A stretch of 64,000 nt of DNA. Origin: an uncultured Ectothiorhodospiraceae bacterium (GTDB taxonomy: Bacteria; Pseudomonadota; Gammaproteobacteria; SZUA-152). The notes below the pieces were generated by a model. It saw nothing but the letters and a program-made list of their open reading frames with translations. It was not told where the DNA came from and made no database searches. The DNA lies in assembly GCA_964401355.1 (NCBI GenBank), contig CAYNYJ010000004.1, forward strand, positions 2,359 to 66,358. Reading direction: 5' to 3'. Shown here piece after piece: positions 53,405 to 64,000 of the stretch (the first letter of the stretch is position 1; every line of letters begins with the position of its first letter). The translations under genes and the position numbers were made by a program.

Positions 53405-54474
53405 AGAGGCTCGCTGACCACGACATTGGGCGGGGTTTCAGGGTCCGTCACAGGCTCAAACGCGGGTTCAAAGTGAAGACGTTCCCTAATACCCGGGGTG
53501 ATCTGCACACCGCCTTTTTCATCCACCAGCATGACCCCGGTGATACCCATGGCGCGCGCCACCGGCAACCAATCTTCCATTTTCGGGCCCGCCACAAACA
53601 ACGCGGTGGCCGCGGCGTCGGCAAGATCCGCCTGTCGCGCAAACACCGTCACCGAACTCAATCCCTGTGCCGGATACCCCGTGCGTGGGTCAATAATGTG
53701 GTCATAACGGGTGCCCTGCCAATCGAAATAGCGCTCGTAATCCCCAGAAGTGAACACGCTCTCATCGCCTTCTACCTCCACCGAGGCCAGAATACCCGCC
53801 TTGTGTGGGTGGCGAATCCCGATCCGCCAGGGCCGATCCCCGTGACGACCGATCGCCCGCAGATCACCCCCGGCATTCACCACCGCGTTTTGAATACCCG
53901 CCTCCCGCAATATCGCGATGGCGTGATCGACGGCATAGCCTTTGGCGAAGGCCCCAAAATCCAGCTTTACTGCCGGGTTCCGGGTCTGCATTTTCAGACC
54001 CTCGATACGAATATCCGCCATCGATGGATGCTGATCGAGGATCGCACGAATCGCCGCATCGTTGGGGGGCGGCCCTTTCGGCGGTTCATTACCGGCAAAA
54101 CCCCACAGCGCGACAAGTTTGCCGATGGCAGGATTAAACAAGCCACCGCTGAGCCGGGACAATTCTGCCCCACGCTTCACCAGCGGCAGCACCGAAGGCG
54201 CGGCGGCAAAGGGCTCACCCTCGGCCAACATCGCATTGACCCGACTCAAACTCCCCGCATGCCAGGCATGCCAGGTGCGGTGCATAAAATCAAAATCTGC
54301 GGCCAGGCGTGCCACCTGCTGGCGCGCTTTCGTCTCCTCTACCCCCCACAACTTGATGTCCACCACGGTACCGAACACCAGTAATTGCTCGTGATAAACG
54401 GCAGGCTTCGGGCTACAGCTGGCCAGGAAAACGAGGGAAAATAACCCGAAAATGCGGACAAATGTGCCGATCAT
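53401..54474 (-). CDS. apbE: FAD:protein FMN transferase (lipoprotein)
   Basis: Lipobox LAS-C, FGT, LDFGAFAKGYAVD, NAGGD, TSGDYER, HIIDPRTG, ADAAATAL. Confidence 0.93.
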   Translation of the reverse strand: MIGTFVRIFGLFSLVFLASCSPKPAVYHEQLLVFGTVVDIKLWGVEETKARQQVARLAADFDFMHRTWHAWHAGSLSRVNAMLAEGEPFAAAPSVLPLVKRGAELSRLSGGLFNPAIGKLVALWGFAGNEPPKGPPPNDAAIRAILDQHPSMADIRIEGLKMQTRNPAVKLDFGAFAKGYAVDHAIAILREAGIQNAVVNAGGDLRAIGRHGDRPWRIGIRHPHKAGILASVEVEGDESVFTSGDYERYFDWQGTRYDHIIDPRTGYPAQGLSSVTVFARQADLADAAATALFVAGPKMEDWLPVARAMGITGVMLVDEKGGVQITPGIRERLHFEPAFEPVTDPETPPNVVVSEPL

Positions 54475-55448
54475 GCGCCGATTGAACCACTTTCCAGTTT
54501 GGCTTCTTGCAGTTTGGACGCGATGGCCTCCATCAATTGCCCGGCGATATCCAGCCCGTACAAGCCATCCAGCTCCCGAATGCAGGTCGGACTGGTGACA
54601 TTGATCTCAGTCAGGTAATCACCGATCACGTCTAGCCCCACGAACATCAACCCCATGACCTTGAGTCGCGGGCCGACCTGCGCGCAAATCCAGCGGTCGC
54701 GCTCCGACAGTTCCACCCCCACGCCAGTACCGCCCACCGCGAGATTGCCCCGCGTCTCGCCCTTGGCTGGCACCCGCGCCAGGGCGTAAGGCACCGGTTC
54801 ACCGTCAATCAACAAAATGCGTTTGTCGCCCGCGCTGATCTCTGGAATATAACGTTGCACCATCGCGTAGCGCTGGCCGTATTCCGTAAGCGTCTCGAAA
54901 ATCACGCCAATATTGGGATCATCGGCACGCACCCGAAAAATAGAGGCACCGCCCATGGCGTCCAGGGGTTTGATGATGACGTCACTCTGCTCGACCAGAA
55001 AGGCCCGCAGGCGACCCTGGTCACGAGTCACCAGGGTCGGTGGCGTACATTGGGGAAACCAGGCGCAAGCCAGTTTTTCATTGGCCTCGCGCAGGGCGCG
55101 GGTACGATTGACCACCAGGGTGCCTTCTGCCTCAGCCAAGGCCAGCATCTGGGTGGCATACAAATATTCGGTGTCAATGGGCGGATCTTTGCGCATCAGC
55201 ACCACATCCAGCTCACTCAATGGTGTTTCCTGCGCTTCACCCAGCTCAAACCAGTCCGTCGCATCATCGCGCACGGTCAACGCACGCAGCCGTGCAAAGG
55301 CCCGGCCATCACGCAAAAACAAATCACTCATTTCCCAATAAAATAGTGACCAACCGCGTGTCTGCGCCGCCAGAGCCATGGCCAAACTACTGTCCTTATG
55401 GGGTTTAATCGCACCAATGGGATCCATCAAAAGACCAAGTTTGATCAT
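54471..55448 (-). CDS. gshB: Glutathione synthetase
   Basis: MDPI, KDSS, MRKDPP, GDKRI, RGNLAVGG, EINVTSPT. Confidence 0.97.
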   Translation of the reverse strand: MIKLGLLMDPIGAIKPHKDSSLAMALAAQTRGWSLFYWEMSDLFLRDGRAFARLRALTVRDDATDWFELGEAQETPLSELDVVLMRKDPPIDTEYLYATQMLALAEAEGTLVVNRTRALREANEKLACAWFPQCTPPTLVTRDQGRLRAFLVEQSDVIIKPLDAMGGASIFRVRADDPNIGVIFETLTEYGQRYAMVQRYIPEISAGDKRILLIDGEPVPYALARVPAKGETRGNLAVGGTGVGVELSERDRWICAQVGPRLKVMGLMFVGLDVIGDYLTEINVTSPTCIRELDGLYGLDIAGQLMEAIASKLQEAKLESGSIGA

Positions 55449-56047
55449 ATTTTGTTCGCCGCCCAAAAATTATTTGTGTGACTGCTCTTCTGAAACATAC
55501 GCTTAAAACCCTAAAACAACGAACACCCCCTCAGGAAAAATACTGGCCGTGATCATGCGCCAAGATAATTCTCACGACGATACCCCCTCAATACTGTGGC
55601 ATTCGCAGGAAGACCTTTAGTATCCAACCTGCCGGCCGATAGTTTGAAAGAGCTGCCGGTCAAACTAATATACCTATGAACAGCAGGCGCTTATGGATTG
55701 TACTTGAATAATGTGATAAATAAATGGGGCGATGCCATTGATTTAACAGGCGACTTTACGGTTGTAGTCCCTTGACGAACTTACCGTGATGCAACACCTG
55801 CCTTAACGGGTAGAATCACTAACGCGAAGCAACCGGACTTTGCTGACATAGTTATGAACCGATAAGATAAGCGATATAAATTCGCACAAAATTCCGGTAA
55901 GCAAGGTGACAGGGAAACTGCCAAAGCACGACAAGTAATTTCAGCTAGCAGCAATTTCCCCAAAAAAGGATATTCAATCCCGGCGAACGGCAACGTCGCT
56001 TTTAGCCTGGGGTACTTACGGATTAAAAAATAAGTAGAGGTGAAGCG

Positions 56048-56452
56048 GTGTCTAGCAATACAGAAGAATCCAGCCTAGCGGGCGTCAAGGTGATGGTTAT
56101 TGATGACAGTAAAACCATCCGCCGGACAGCCGAAACGCTACTCAAGAAAGCGGGCTGTGAAGTGGTTACCGCCAACGATGGTTTTGAAGCATTGGCAAAG
56201 ATTACGGATCAAAATCCCGACGTTATTTTTGTCGATATCATGATGCCGCGGTTAGATGGTTATCAAACCTGCGCACTCATCAAAAAAAATCACAATTACA
56301 AAAATACACCCGTCATTCTGCTGACCAGTAAAGATGGTTTGTTTGATCGCGCGCGCGGTCGCATCGTTGGCTCGGATCGATATCTGACAAAACCCTTTAC
56401 CAAAGACGAATTATTAAATGCCATTAGAGAACACTTGGCTGGATCCCACTAG
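56048..56452 (+). CDS. pilG: Twitching motility response regulator PilG
   Basis: VMVIDDSKTIRRTAETLL, DGYQTCALIK, KDGLFDRARG. Confidence 0.96.
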   Translation: MSSNTEESSLAGVKVMVIDDSKTIRRTAETLLKKAGCEVVTANDGFEALAKITDQNPDVIFVDIMMPRLDGYQTCALIKKNHNYKNTPVILLTSKDGLFDRARGRIVGSDRYLTKPFTKDELLNAIREHLAGSH

Positions 56453-56526
56453 CATTGTCCATTGTCGCTTTTTATTAACCAAGCAACACATTTTTAATCT
56501 AGCACTGTAAATTTGGAGCAGCACTC

Positions 56527-56892
56527 ATGGCAAATATTTTAATTGTTGACGATTCACCCACTGAAGTTCATGTATTAACCGCCATGCTTGAAAAACATGG
56601 TTTTTCCGTTGCCTCGGCAAACAATGGCGAAGAGGGCATCGACAAAGCAAAATCTGAAAAACCGGATCTCATCCTGATGGATGTCGTAATGCCTGGCATG
56701 AACGGCTTTCAAGCCGCGCGTCAGATTTCCACTGATCCAGAAACAACGAGTATCCCGATTATTATCGTCAGCACCAAAGATCAGGAAACAGATAAAATGT
56801 GGGGGCTACGCCAAGGTGCGAAAGACTACGTCACAAAGCCTGCACAGGAAAAAGAATTAATCAGCAAAATTAATACCCTGCTGGGTGTTTAA
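56527..56892 (+). CDS. pilH: Twitching motility response regulator PilH
   Basis: ILIVDDSPTE, MDVVMPGMNGFQA, KDQETDKMWGLRQGA. Confidence 0.95.
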   Translation: MANILIVDDSPTEVHVLTAMLEKHGFSVASANNGEEGIDKAKSEKPDLILMDVVMPGMNGFQAARQISTDPETTSIPIIIVSTKDQETDKMWGLRQGAKDYVTKPAQEKELISKINTLLGV

Positions 56893-56969
56893 GAAAGTGA
56901 CAATGTCTGCACAACAGTCTGCACACACAAAATTATACATTGAAAATTGATACTAAACGGTAAGGACAC

Positions 56970-57509
56970 GTGGCTAATAAACAACATCCCTTTGACCTTC
57001 TCCAATCGCTGGAGCAGCAAAGTAAAGAACATGCCAGAGGGCTCCCCCAGCAAATCAAAGCACGCTCACTGTGGAGTGGCATTTGTTTCCGTATTGGCGA
57101 CATCGCCATGGTTGCACCACTGACCCAAATCAACGAAATCTTGCATTACCCTCGCCTCTCTCTGGTACCCGGCACTCTGCCATGGGTAAAAGGACTGGCT
57201 AACATTCGCGGCACTTTGCTACCCATTATGGATTTGCAAAGTTACCTGGGACAAACACCCATTCAGCTCAATGCTAAATCTCGAATATTAGTCATTCAAC
57301 AAGGCGAGTTGTCCGCCGGATTACTGGTCAACGAGGTCACCGGGCTACGCCATTTTGACCCGGGCAATCGTGTCACCCGAATTCGAAAAATGGATCCCAC
57401 GATCAAAGCTCATGTCCGCGGAGCCTTTCAACTAAAGGATATAACCTGGCATTTATTTGATATGTCAGTACTGACAGATGATCCACACTTTTACAAAGTC
57501 GCCGTCTGA
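56970..57509 (+). CDS. pilI: CheW-like protein PilI
   Basis: VPGTLPWVKGLANIRGTLLPIMDL; position in the cluster. Confidence 0.92.
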   Translation: MANKQHPFDLLQSLEQQSKEHARGLPQQIKARSLWSGICFRIGDIAMVAPLTQINEILHYPRLSLVPGTLPWVKGLANIRGTLLPIMDLQSYLGQTPIQLNAKSRILVIQQGELSAGLLVNEVTGLRHFDPGNRVTRIRKMDPTIKAHVRGAFQLKDITWHLFDMSVLTDDPHFYKVAV

Positions 57510-57599
57510 TATTCATGGCCATTCAAAATAAAAATGTTATCCGTATAAAAACTTATAAATAAACTGAGTACCAAAACTAGGGGCTAGGAGCCAACCACG

Positions 57600-59621
57600 A
57601 TGAAAATAGCATCTCATTCCAAATTTGCCGCAGATACCGGTTTACTGACACTGGGCGCCGTGCTTTTGGTTCTACTGGCCTCTTCCGTTGCCGCCTTCTT
57701 CTACGTAGGCACCAACGCTGACAATGACAAAGAATACATCAACCTTGCCGGTGAACAACGCGTACTTTCTCAGCGCATCGTAAAAAATGCGGTGGAGTCC
57801 GCCAGTGCCAACGTAGCGGCGTTTAAATTACTCCGTCAAACTCGGGATGAATTTGAAAATAACTTGAACCTGTTACGCGATGGTAACCCGGAGAGTGGCA
57901 CGCCAGCATCACCGGAAGAAGTACAAGTGCTATTAATGGGCGTTGAAGCGCTATGGAAAGACTTCGGTAAAAATGCCGATGTGGTTCTTCGCGCCGAAGG
58001 CACCATCCGTATGCTCAGCGAATTTGTTGGCGCCATTAATGAAACTATGCCGGATCTGCTGGCACTTTCCGATGAAGTGGTTAGCCTGATGATTGAATCC
58101 GGCGCAAACGCCAGCCAAATTTATATTGCCAGTCGCCAATTGATGTTAGTACCCCGTATTTCAGTTAACGCCAATAAAGTATTGCAAGGCGGAGTTGGCT
58201 CCTCTGCGGCAGCCGAACGTTTTGGTCGTGACGCCGCGCTGTTTGGCCGGGTACTGAAAGGCATGCTCAAAGGTGATCGGAAAATGAATGTGCGCCGGGT
58301 ACGTGATCCAGATGCCCGCGACAAGTTGAAGGAGGTCTCCGAGCACTTCGAAACCGTTCGCGAACTGGTGAGCCGCATTCTTGAACAAACCCCGTCACTG
58401 TTTGGCGCGCAAAAAGCCTCCACCAATATGGTGAAAAAGAGTGAAGCGCTGTTAGAAACCACCACCAGCCTGCAGGATGCCTATACCCAGTTAGATGCCA
58501 ACCGACTTATTACCACTACTACCGGCAATATGCTGGGTGCTATGGCGCTGTTAATTCTCATTTGGTTAGGTATTAAAATTCAAACAGACACCCGTAAACG
58601 TCTGGCCGAAACAGCTGCCCAAAACAAACAGAATCAGGATGCCATCATGACTCTGCTTGATGAAATCGGTGATCTCGCGAATGGTGATCTCACCACCTCA
58701 GCTACAGTTACGGAAGACATTACTGGCGCCATCGCAGATGCCATTAACTACACCATTGACCAACTGAGGCGTCTGGTATCCTCCATCAACGAAGTCACCG
58801 TGCAAGTCTCATCTGCGGCCCAGGAAACTCAGGCAACGGCGATGCACCTGGCCGAAGCCAGTGATCACCAGGCCGAGCAGATCACCGCTGCCTCGGCTGC
58901 TGTCAATGAAATGGCAATTTCTATCGACACCGTATCCAGTAATGCCACAGAGTCTTCCGCAGTAGCAACCCGTTCCATGGAAATTGCCAAAAAGGGTGCC
59001 AGCGCGGTGCAAAATACTATCCGCGGCATGGACACCATCCGTGAGCAAATCCAGGAAACCTCCAAACGCATCAAACGCCTGGGTGAAAGTTCGCAGGAAA
59101 TCGGTGACATGGTAGAACTGATCAATGACATCGCCGACCAAACCAACATCCTCGCCTTGAACGCCGCCATTCAGGCCGCCATGGCCGGTGAGTCCGGTCG
59201 TGGTTTCGCGGTGGTGGCCGACGAGGTGCAGAGACTCGCTGAAAAATCCACCGATGCCACCCGTCAGATCGAAGCACTGGTGAAAACCATCCAGTCCGAT
59301 ACCAATGAGGCCGTTGCGTCCATGGAGGCATCGACAACCCAGGTAGTGGAGGGGGCCAAATTGGCACTCAACGCCGGTGAAGCACTGGAAGAAATTGAAA
59401 GCGTATCGACACACCTGGCTGACCTCACCACCTCCATTTCTGAATCCGCACAGCAACAAGCCACAGCGGCATCCAGCATTTCGGAAAGTATGAACGTGAT
59501 CCAGGAAGTCACCACGCAGACATCCGCCGGCACTAACGAAACATCGGCTTCCATCGGTAATCTGGCGGATTTGTCGAACGAACTGCGTAAATCTGTGGCC
59601 GGCTTCAAGCTGCCCGATTAA
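57600..59621 (+). CDS. pilJ: Methyl-accepting chemotaxis protein PilJ
   Basis: Two TM helices, [44 protein letters not shown]. Confidence 0.95.
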   Translation: MKIASHSKFAADTGLLTLGAVLLVLLASSVAAFFYVGTNADNDKEYINLAGEQRVLSQRIVKNAVESASANVAAFKLLRQTRDEFENNLNLLRDGNPESGTPASPEEVQVLLMGVEALWKDFGKNADVVLRAEGTIRMLSEFVGAINETMPDLLALSDEVVSLMIESGANASQIYIASRQLMLVPRISVNANKVLQGGVGSSAAAERFGRDAALFGRVLKGMLKGDRKMNVRRVRDPDARDKLKEVSEHFETVRELVSRILEQTPSLFGAQKASTNMVKKSEALLETTTSLQDAYTQLDANRLITTTTGNMLGAMALLILIWLGIKIQTDTRKRLAETAAQNKQNQDAIMTLLDEIGDLANGDLTTSATVTEDITGAIADAINYTIDQLRRLVSSINEVTVQVSSAAQETQATAMHLAEASDHQAEQITAASAAVNEMAISIDTVSSNATESSAVATRSMEIAKKGASAVQNTIRGMDTIREQIQETSKRIKRLGESSQEIGDMVELINDIADQTNILALNAAIQAAMAGESGRGFAVVADEVQRLAEKSTDATRQIEALVKTIQSDTNEAVASMEASTTQVVEGAKLALNAGEALEEIESVSTHLADLTTSISESAQQQATAASSISESMNVIQEVTTQTSAGTNETSASIGNLADLSNELRKSVAGFKLPD

Positions 59622-59675
59622 TTGACTGTCACCTAACCACAGTCATCACCGTTATTACTTACGGTTACGATTTAG

Positions 59676-60563
59676 ATGAAATCGAATATGGAATATCTAC
59701 CCGGCTACGAGGACATGGTCGTCAAACGACTGCCGCAAATGGAACCCCAGCAGTTCCAGCAATGGGCTGCCTTGCTTAAAGAGCGGACGGGTATGCGGCT
59801 GCCGGATAATCGTATTTCATTTTTGGTCACCAACCTTGGTATGCGCATGCGAGAGCTGGGCATCCATGATTACCAAACCTATTACGACTATGTGAACACC
59901 GGCCGTGAAGGCATCATTGAATGGGATCAGCTGGTACATCATCTTACCGTTCACGAGACGCGCTTCCTCAGACAGGAAAGTGTGTTGTCACTGCTACGCA
60001 AAAAATTCTTACCCGCCCGTCACTCGCACTGCGAAGCAACAACACTGACGATCAATATCTGGAGCGTGGGTTGCTCCACCGGCGAAGAACCCTACAGCCT
60101 CGCTATGGCTGTTGACGATCACATGCGCACCCTGGGTTGCCCATATTATCTCGGCGTTACCGCCAGCGACATTAGCCGTAGCACACTAGCACATGGCCAA
60201 AAAGGTATTTACAGCCGACAACAAGTCAAAGATATCGAAGCGGATTGGCTTAACAACTATTTTGAAATTACTGAAGATGACAGATTTCAGGTACGCGATG
60301 AGTTACGAAAACGCGTCTGCTTTAACCACCTAAACATACTGGACGTGGGCACAACACCTATTGGCATGATGGATATTGTCATTTGCCAAAACTTGCTGAT
60401 TTATTTTGATAAGGAGCAACGTATTCAAATTGCCAATACCTTAACCGACCATTTACAACCCGGCGGTTTATTAATTCTCGGTGTCGGCGAGCTGCTCAGT
60501 TGGAAGCACCCGAAACTAAAACGTTACCCCTACGAAAACACCCTGGCTTTTCAACATCAGTAA
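59676..60563 (+). CDS. pilK: CheR-like methyltransferase PilK
   Basis: LTVHETRF, IWSVGCSTGEEPYSLAM, CQNLLIYF. Confidence 0.9.
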   Translation: MKSNMEYLPGYEDMVVKRLPQMEPQQFQQWAALLKERTGMRLPDNRISFLVTNLGMRMRELGIHDYQTYYDYVNTGREGIIEWDQLVHHLTVHETRFLRQESVLSLLRKKFLPARHSHCEATTLTINIWSVGCSTGEEPYSLAMAVDDHMRTLGCPYYLGVTASDISRSTLAHGQKGIYSRQQVKDIEADWLNNYFEITEDDRFQVRDELRKRVCFNHLNILDVGTTPIGMMDIVICQNLLIYFDKEQRIQIANTLTDHLQPGGLLILGVGELLSWKHPKLKRYPYENTLAFQHQ

Positions 60564-60624
60564 TTAGTGAATTAACCATGCACTCACTACAGCAAAACAT
60601 AACTCACAGGCACACCAGATAATT

Positions 60625-63600
60625 ATGAGTGAACAACTCGATTACACCACGCTGTCGTGGGTTAAAGATGAAATCCAGGAAAGTCTGAATCAGACACACC
60701 AGGCATTGGAAGCTTTCGTCGAAGACCCCACCGACACCACACAAATCAGGTTCTGCGCGACCTATCTGCACCAGATTTATGGCACCCTGCAAATGGTGGA
60801 GATCTACGGTGCCGCGTTACTTGCCGAAGAAATGGAAAAGGTCGCCAACGCCCTGCTGAACAACCAGATCACACAAAAAGATGATGCCTTCGATGTCTTG
60901 TTTCGCGCCACCTTGCAACTACCCAATTATCTGGAAAGCCTGGAACGCGGGCAACCCGATATGCCCGTGGTACTGACACCGCTGCTCAATGATATGCGCG
61001 CCGCGCGTGGCGAACCCCTGCTCAGCGAAAGTGCGTTCTTCACTCCGAACCTGCAAGTGCCGCCCCCGGAAAAACATTTAGCGGCTGATAAAAAATATCC
61101 GGAGATGCAAGGCTACGCTCGCAAGTTACGACCCATTTATCAGATTTCTCTACTCGGTGTTCTGCGCGATAAAAACAATGCTAGCAGCCTGAAAAAAATG
61201 GCTGCGGTATTACGTGAATTGCAAAATGCCTCCACGGACGATAACAATCAACGGCTGTGGTGGGTTGCCGGAGGCATCGTCGAGTCGCTCATAGATGAGG
61301 GCCTGGATAAAAGCACCGCGCTGAAAATGCTCTTCGGCAAAATTGATCGTGAAATTAAACGCGTCATCGATGGCGGCGAATCTACGATTGCCGAGAACCC
61401 ACCCTTAGACCTGCTTAAAAACTGCCTCTACTATACTGGCACATCGACATCCAGCGGACCCCGCGTCAGCGCCTTGAAACAGGCCTTTAATCTTGCCCAG
61501 TTATTGCCGTATGCCGGTGCGCTGGAGCAAGCAACCGACGACCTCATGAGTTCCACTGCCGACCTCATGGGCACGGTCTCCATCGTCATCAAAGAGGATT
61601 TGCTGCAAGTCAAAGACCAGCTGGATATTTTTGTACGAAGCACCGAACGCAATGTTAGCGATCTCTTACCTTTAGCAGACATACTCAGTCGCACCGCCGA
61701 CACTCTGGCAATGCTCGGCCTGGGTGAGTTGCGTAAAGTCATACAAGGCCAGGCGACCCAACTCAAGCAACTGGTTGAGTCTGGAGAAAACCCTGCCGAT
61801 GACGCATTGATGGAAACCGCCAGTGCATTGCTATACGTCGAGTCGTCACTCGACAATTTTCAAACACCACATCGCACGCATAACGTAGATGGAGCCCCGG
61901 ATCTCTCGATACATGAAGACGATGATTCCGCTCTGCTGTTACCACTCAGCGAGCAGACTCAAATCGCGAACCTGGTCATCAAAGAGGCCAAACAGGTACT
62001 GGCCGATGTCAAAGAAGGATTTAATACCTTTGCTGTCGAACCGAATCAATTTGAAGCCATCCTTGATGCGCCCGCCAAGCTGGCCCAGATTCAGGGTGCG
62101 CTTGCCGTAATGAATCTGAATCGTGCCGCCAAATTGTTAGGTGCGGCCAATGCCTACATTCGTGAAGATGTCATCGCGGCTCACAAAAACCCCACGCCTG
62201 ACCAATTGGATACCCTGGCCGACGCGATCACCAGTATTGAATTTTATCTCGAAGCCATTGAGGAGGGTCGCGGACAGCCCGAAGGCGTCTTGGCCGTTGC
62301 TGAAATTAGTGTTGAGCAACTTGGCCATCCCGTGGATTCTGTTTCTGACATCATCAACGTTGTATCAGAAACGCTTGCCGAAACTGAAGCCAGCCCTGAC
62401 ACACCCGAAACTATCGCGTCGCCAACGGAAGTCTTCCCCGCTCAGGATGTGGGTTCGCTATCCGAAACAAAGGATCTCAGCACAACTGAAATATCCAATG
62501 CGGCTGAGCTTGCTTCAGGGCCGGAACAATACCAGGAAGAAAATATCGACGAAGAAATCCTCGAAATTTTTGTCGAAGAAGCCGATGAAGTCCTGGTCAC
62601 CATGACCGATTGTTTGCATGCCTGGCGTGCAAACAATGAAGACCTGAAACCACTGGAATCCCTGCGCCGTTCCTATCACACCATTAAGGGCAGCGGCCGA
62701 CTTGCCGGCGCGATGGTGATGGGTGATTTTGCCTGGGCAATAGAGAATCTGCTCAATCGGGTCATGGACAATAAAATTGGCCCGAGCCTGGCCATGTTCA
62801 CACTGTTGGACAACGCCGAAAATGTGGTTCGGGGTCTGCTGGCTCACCTGAAAAATGAAACCACGATCCGCCCCCCCGTAAAAACCCTGATCAACCAGGC
62901 CGAGGCCATGGCAAATGGCACGAAATTCAGTGCCAGTGAAATTACCTCAGCGACTCCCGCATCTGAATCAGAAACGGCTGAAACACTTACGCTTGATAAC
63001 CCAATGCCTGACGACGATTCTTTATTAGCTAAGGACTCCTTGTTGGCTGAGGACTCTCTACTAACTGAAGACTCTCTACTAACTGAAGACTCTTTATTGG
63101 TTGAGGACTCTCTACTAACTGAAGACTCTTTATTAGCTGAGGACTCCTTGTTGGCTGAGGACTCTTTATTGGCTGAAGACTCCCTATTCGAAGAGGTTTC
63201 CCAACGGGATGAAGACTCCCCGTTGGTCGAACAGGCAATCGATGAACTGGAAGCCATTTCTCTGGAACTCAGCGCCGACGACGAACCAGCAACCGACGCC
63301 ACAGGCCACGATCAAAAGACATCACAATACGAACCTGCGCTTATTGAGGTCTTCCGTAAGGAGGCCGCAACTCATATTGCTACCGTTCGCGAGTTTCTGC
63401 TCAATGCCAACGGTGAAGCGACCACCGTAGACGACGAATTACATCGTGCTTTTCATACGTTGCACGGCAGTGCACGCATGGCAAACGTCGCCTCCATATC
63501 TGAGCTCAGCGAAGCCACCGATCGCCTGATACGGGCAATGCATGAACGCGCCATGGCTGTCGACAATGATGGTCAATCGTTACTCTACCAAATCGCCGAT

Positions 63601-64000
63601 GCCATCAAATCCCTGATTACCCATTTTGATACCGACAATTTTGTTCCCGCAGACAATTCGGCGCTACTGACCCAAATTGCTGAATTGCACGAGAGTGCGC
63701 TCTCCACGCCATTACCAACAGATTCCACCCCCGCTTCTTCGGCAGCCGCAAAGGACAGTGTGCCCATTGAAGAAGATGCCGAGCTGATCACGATTTTTGT
63801 CGATGAAGCTGGTGAAATTTTGCGCAGCACCGACACCTTGATGCAACAATGGCTTACCGCCGATGAAGCTGACCTGAGCGCCATTACCGAATTACAGCGT
63901 ACCTTGCATACCCTGAAAGGCGGCGCACGCCTGGCCAACTTTGCGGCGATTGGCGACCTTACGCATGAATTGGAATCCCTCCTTGAGCATGTCGTTGAAG
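60625..64000 (+). CDS. chpA: Chemotaxis-like multi-Hpt histidine kinase ChpA (5' part, runs off the window)
   Basis: Manual translation from ATG 60625: MSEQLDYTTLSWVKDEI...LHQIYGTLQMV; Hpt motifs YHTIKGSGRL, FHTLHGSARMA, LHTLKGGARLA. Confidence 0.93.
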   Translation, partial: MSEQLDYTTLSWVKDEIQESLNQTHQALEAFVEDPTDTTQIRFCATYLHQIYGTLQMVEIYGAALLAEEMEKVANALLNNQITQKDDAFDVLFRATLQLPNYLESLERGQPDMPVVLTPLLNDMRAARGEPLLSESAFFTPNLQVPPPEKHLAADKKYPEMQGYARKLRPIYQISLLGVLRDKNNASSLKKMAAVLRELQNASTDDNNQRLWWVAGGIVESLIDEGLDKSTALKMLFGKIDREIKRVIDGGESTIAENPPLDLLKNCLYYTGTSTSSGPRVSALKQAFNLAQLLPYAGALEQATDDLMSSTADLMGTVSIVIKEDLLQVKDQLDIFVRSTERNVSDLLPLADILSRTADTLAMLGLGELRKVIQGQATQLKQLVESGENPADDALMETASALLYVESSLDNFQTPHRTHNVDGAPDLSIHEDDDSALLLPLSEQTQIANLVIKEAKQVLADVKEGFNTFAVEPNQFEAILDAPAKLAQIQGALAVMNLNRAAKLLGAANAYIREDVIAAHKNPTPDQLDTLADAITSIEFYLEAIEEGRGQPEGVLAVAEISVEQLGHPVDSVSDIINVVSETLAETEASPDTPETIASPTEVFPAQDVGSLSETKDLSTTEISNAAELASGPEQYQEENIDEEILEIFVEEADEVLVTMTDCLHAWRANNEDLKPLESLRRSYHTIKGSGRLAGAMVMGDFAWAIENLLNRVMDNKIGPSLAMFTLLDNAENVVRGLLAHLKNETTIRPPVKTLINQAEAMANGTKFSASEITSATPASESETAETLTLDNPMPDDDSLLAKDSLLAEDSLLTEDSLLTEDSLLVEDSLLTEDSLLAEDSLLAEDSLLAEDSLFEEVSQRDEDSPLVEQAIDELEAISLELSADDEPATDATGHDQKTSQYEPALIEVFRKEAATHIATVREFLLNANGEATTVDDELHRAFHTLHGSARMANVASISELSEATDRLIRAMHERAMAVDNDGQSLLYQIADAIKSLITHFDTDNFVPADNSALLTQIAELHESALSTPLPTDSTPASSAAAKDSVPIEEDAELITIFVDEAGEILRSTDTLMQQWLTADEADLSAITELQRTLHTLKGGARLANFAAIGDLTHELESLLEHVVE
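63013..63228 (+). repeat. 18-bp tandem repeat encoding about 10 (E/D/K)DSLL(A/T/V) hexapeptides in ChpA
   Basis: DDSLLA KDSLLA EDSLLT EDSLLT EDSLLV EDSLLT EDSLLA EDSLLA EDSLLA EDSLFE, then degenerate copies. Confidence 0.9.

Noticed and set aside
52898-53476. 192-aa plus-strand ORF as a possible transposase of the adjacent element
   Set aside because: Mostly antisense to the NusG-II gene; no DDE or HUH motif.
55600-55990. c-di-GMP (GEMM) riboswitch upstream of pilG or gshB
   Set aside because: The GGCAAAC...GAAA...GACGCAAAGC core was not found on either strand by eye.
63013-63228. Possible CRISPR array
   Set aside because: Contiguous 18-bp in-frame coding repeats with no unique spacers and no cas genes.

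Overview
Chromosomal core-genome region of a gammaproteobacterium. The gene order resembles Pseudomonas/Chromatiales/Methylococcales. In order: mutY (partial)-asmA, rph-rdgB, rpmB-rpmG, comF/bioBFHCD, ftsYEX-rpoH, an M16 peptidase pair, dut, a sulfur-assimilation cassette (cysB / TauE-sir-cysH), algC-argB-slmA, pyrE/xth, a PAS-GGDEF-EAL protein, a dynamin-like GTPase, yggS-proC-yggT, pilT-pilU, pyrR-pyrB-pyrC'-pyrK, yqgEF, tonB, apbE-NusGII-Gx, gshB and pilGHIJK-chpA (partial). I saw no rRNA, tRNA, CRISPR array or transposase. Most notable: (i) a BioB with the Cys pattern of Type II ([4Fe-5S]) biotin synthases inside an ordinary gammaproteobacterial bio operon; (ii) an AT-rich two-gene cassette (HxH protein + DUF1828-like protein) bracketed by inverted REP-like sequences, whose first gene is frameshifted by a perfect 19-bp tandem duplication; (iii) a candidate sRNA with an anti-Shine-Dalgarno loop; (iv) two MITE-like elements; (v) an AT-rich lipoprotein/outer-membrane barrel pair; (vi) a 12-bp-periodic ladder of in-frame stop codons after tonB. 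All family assignments come from motif recognition, not database searches.
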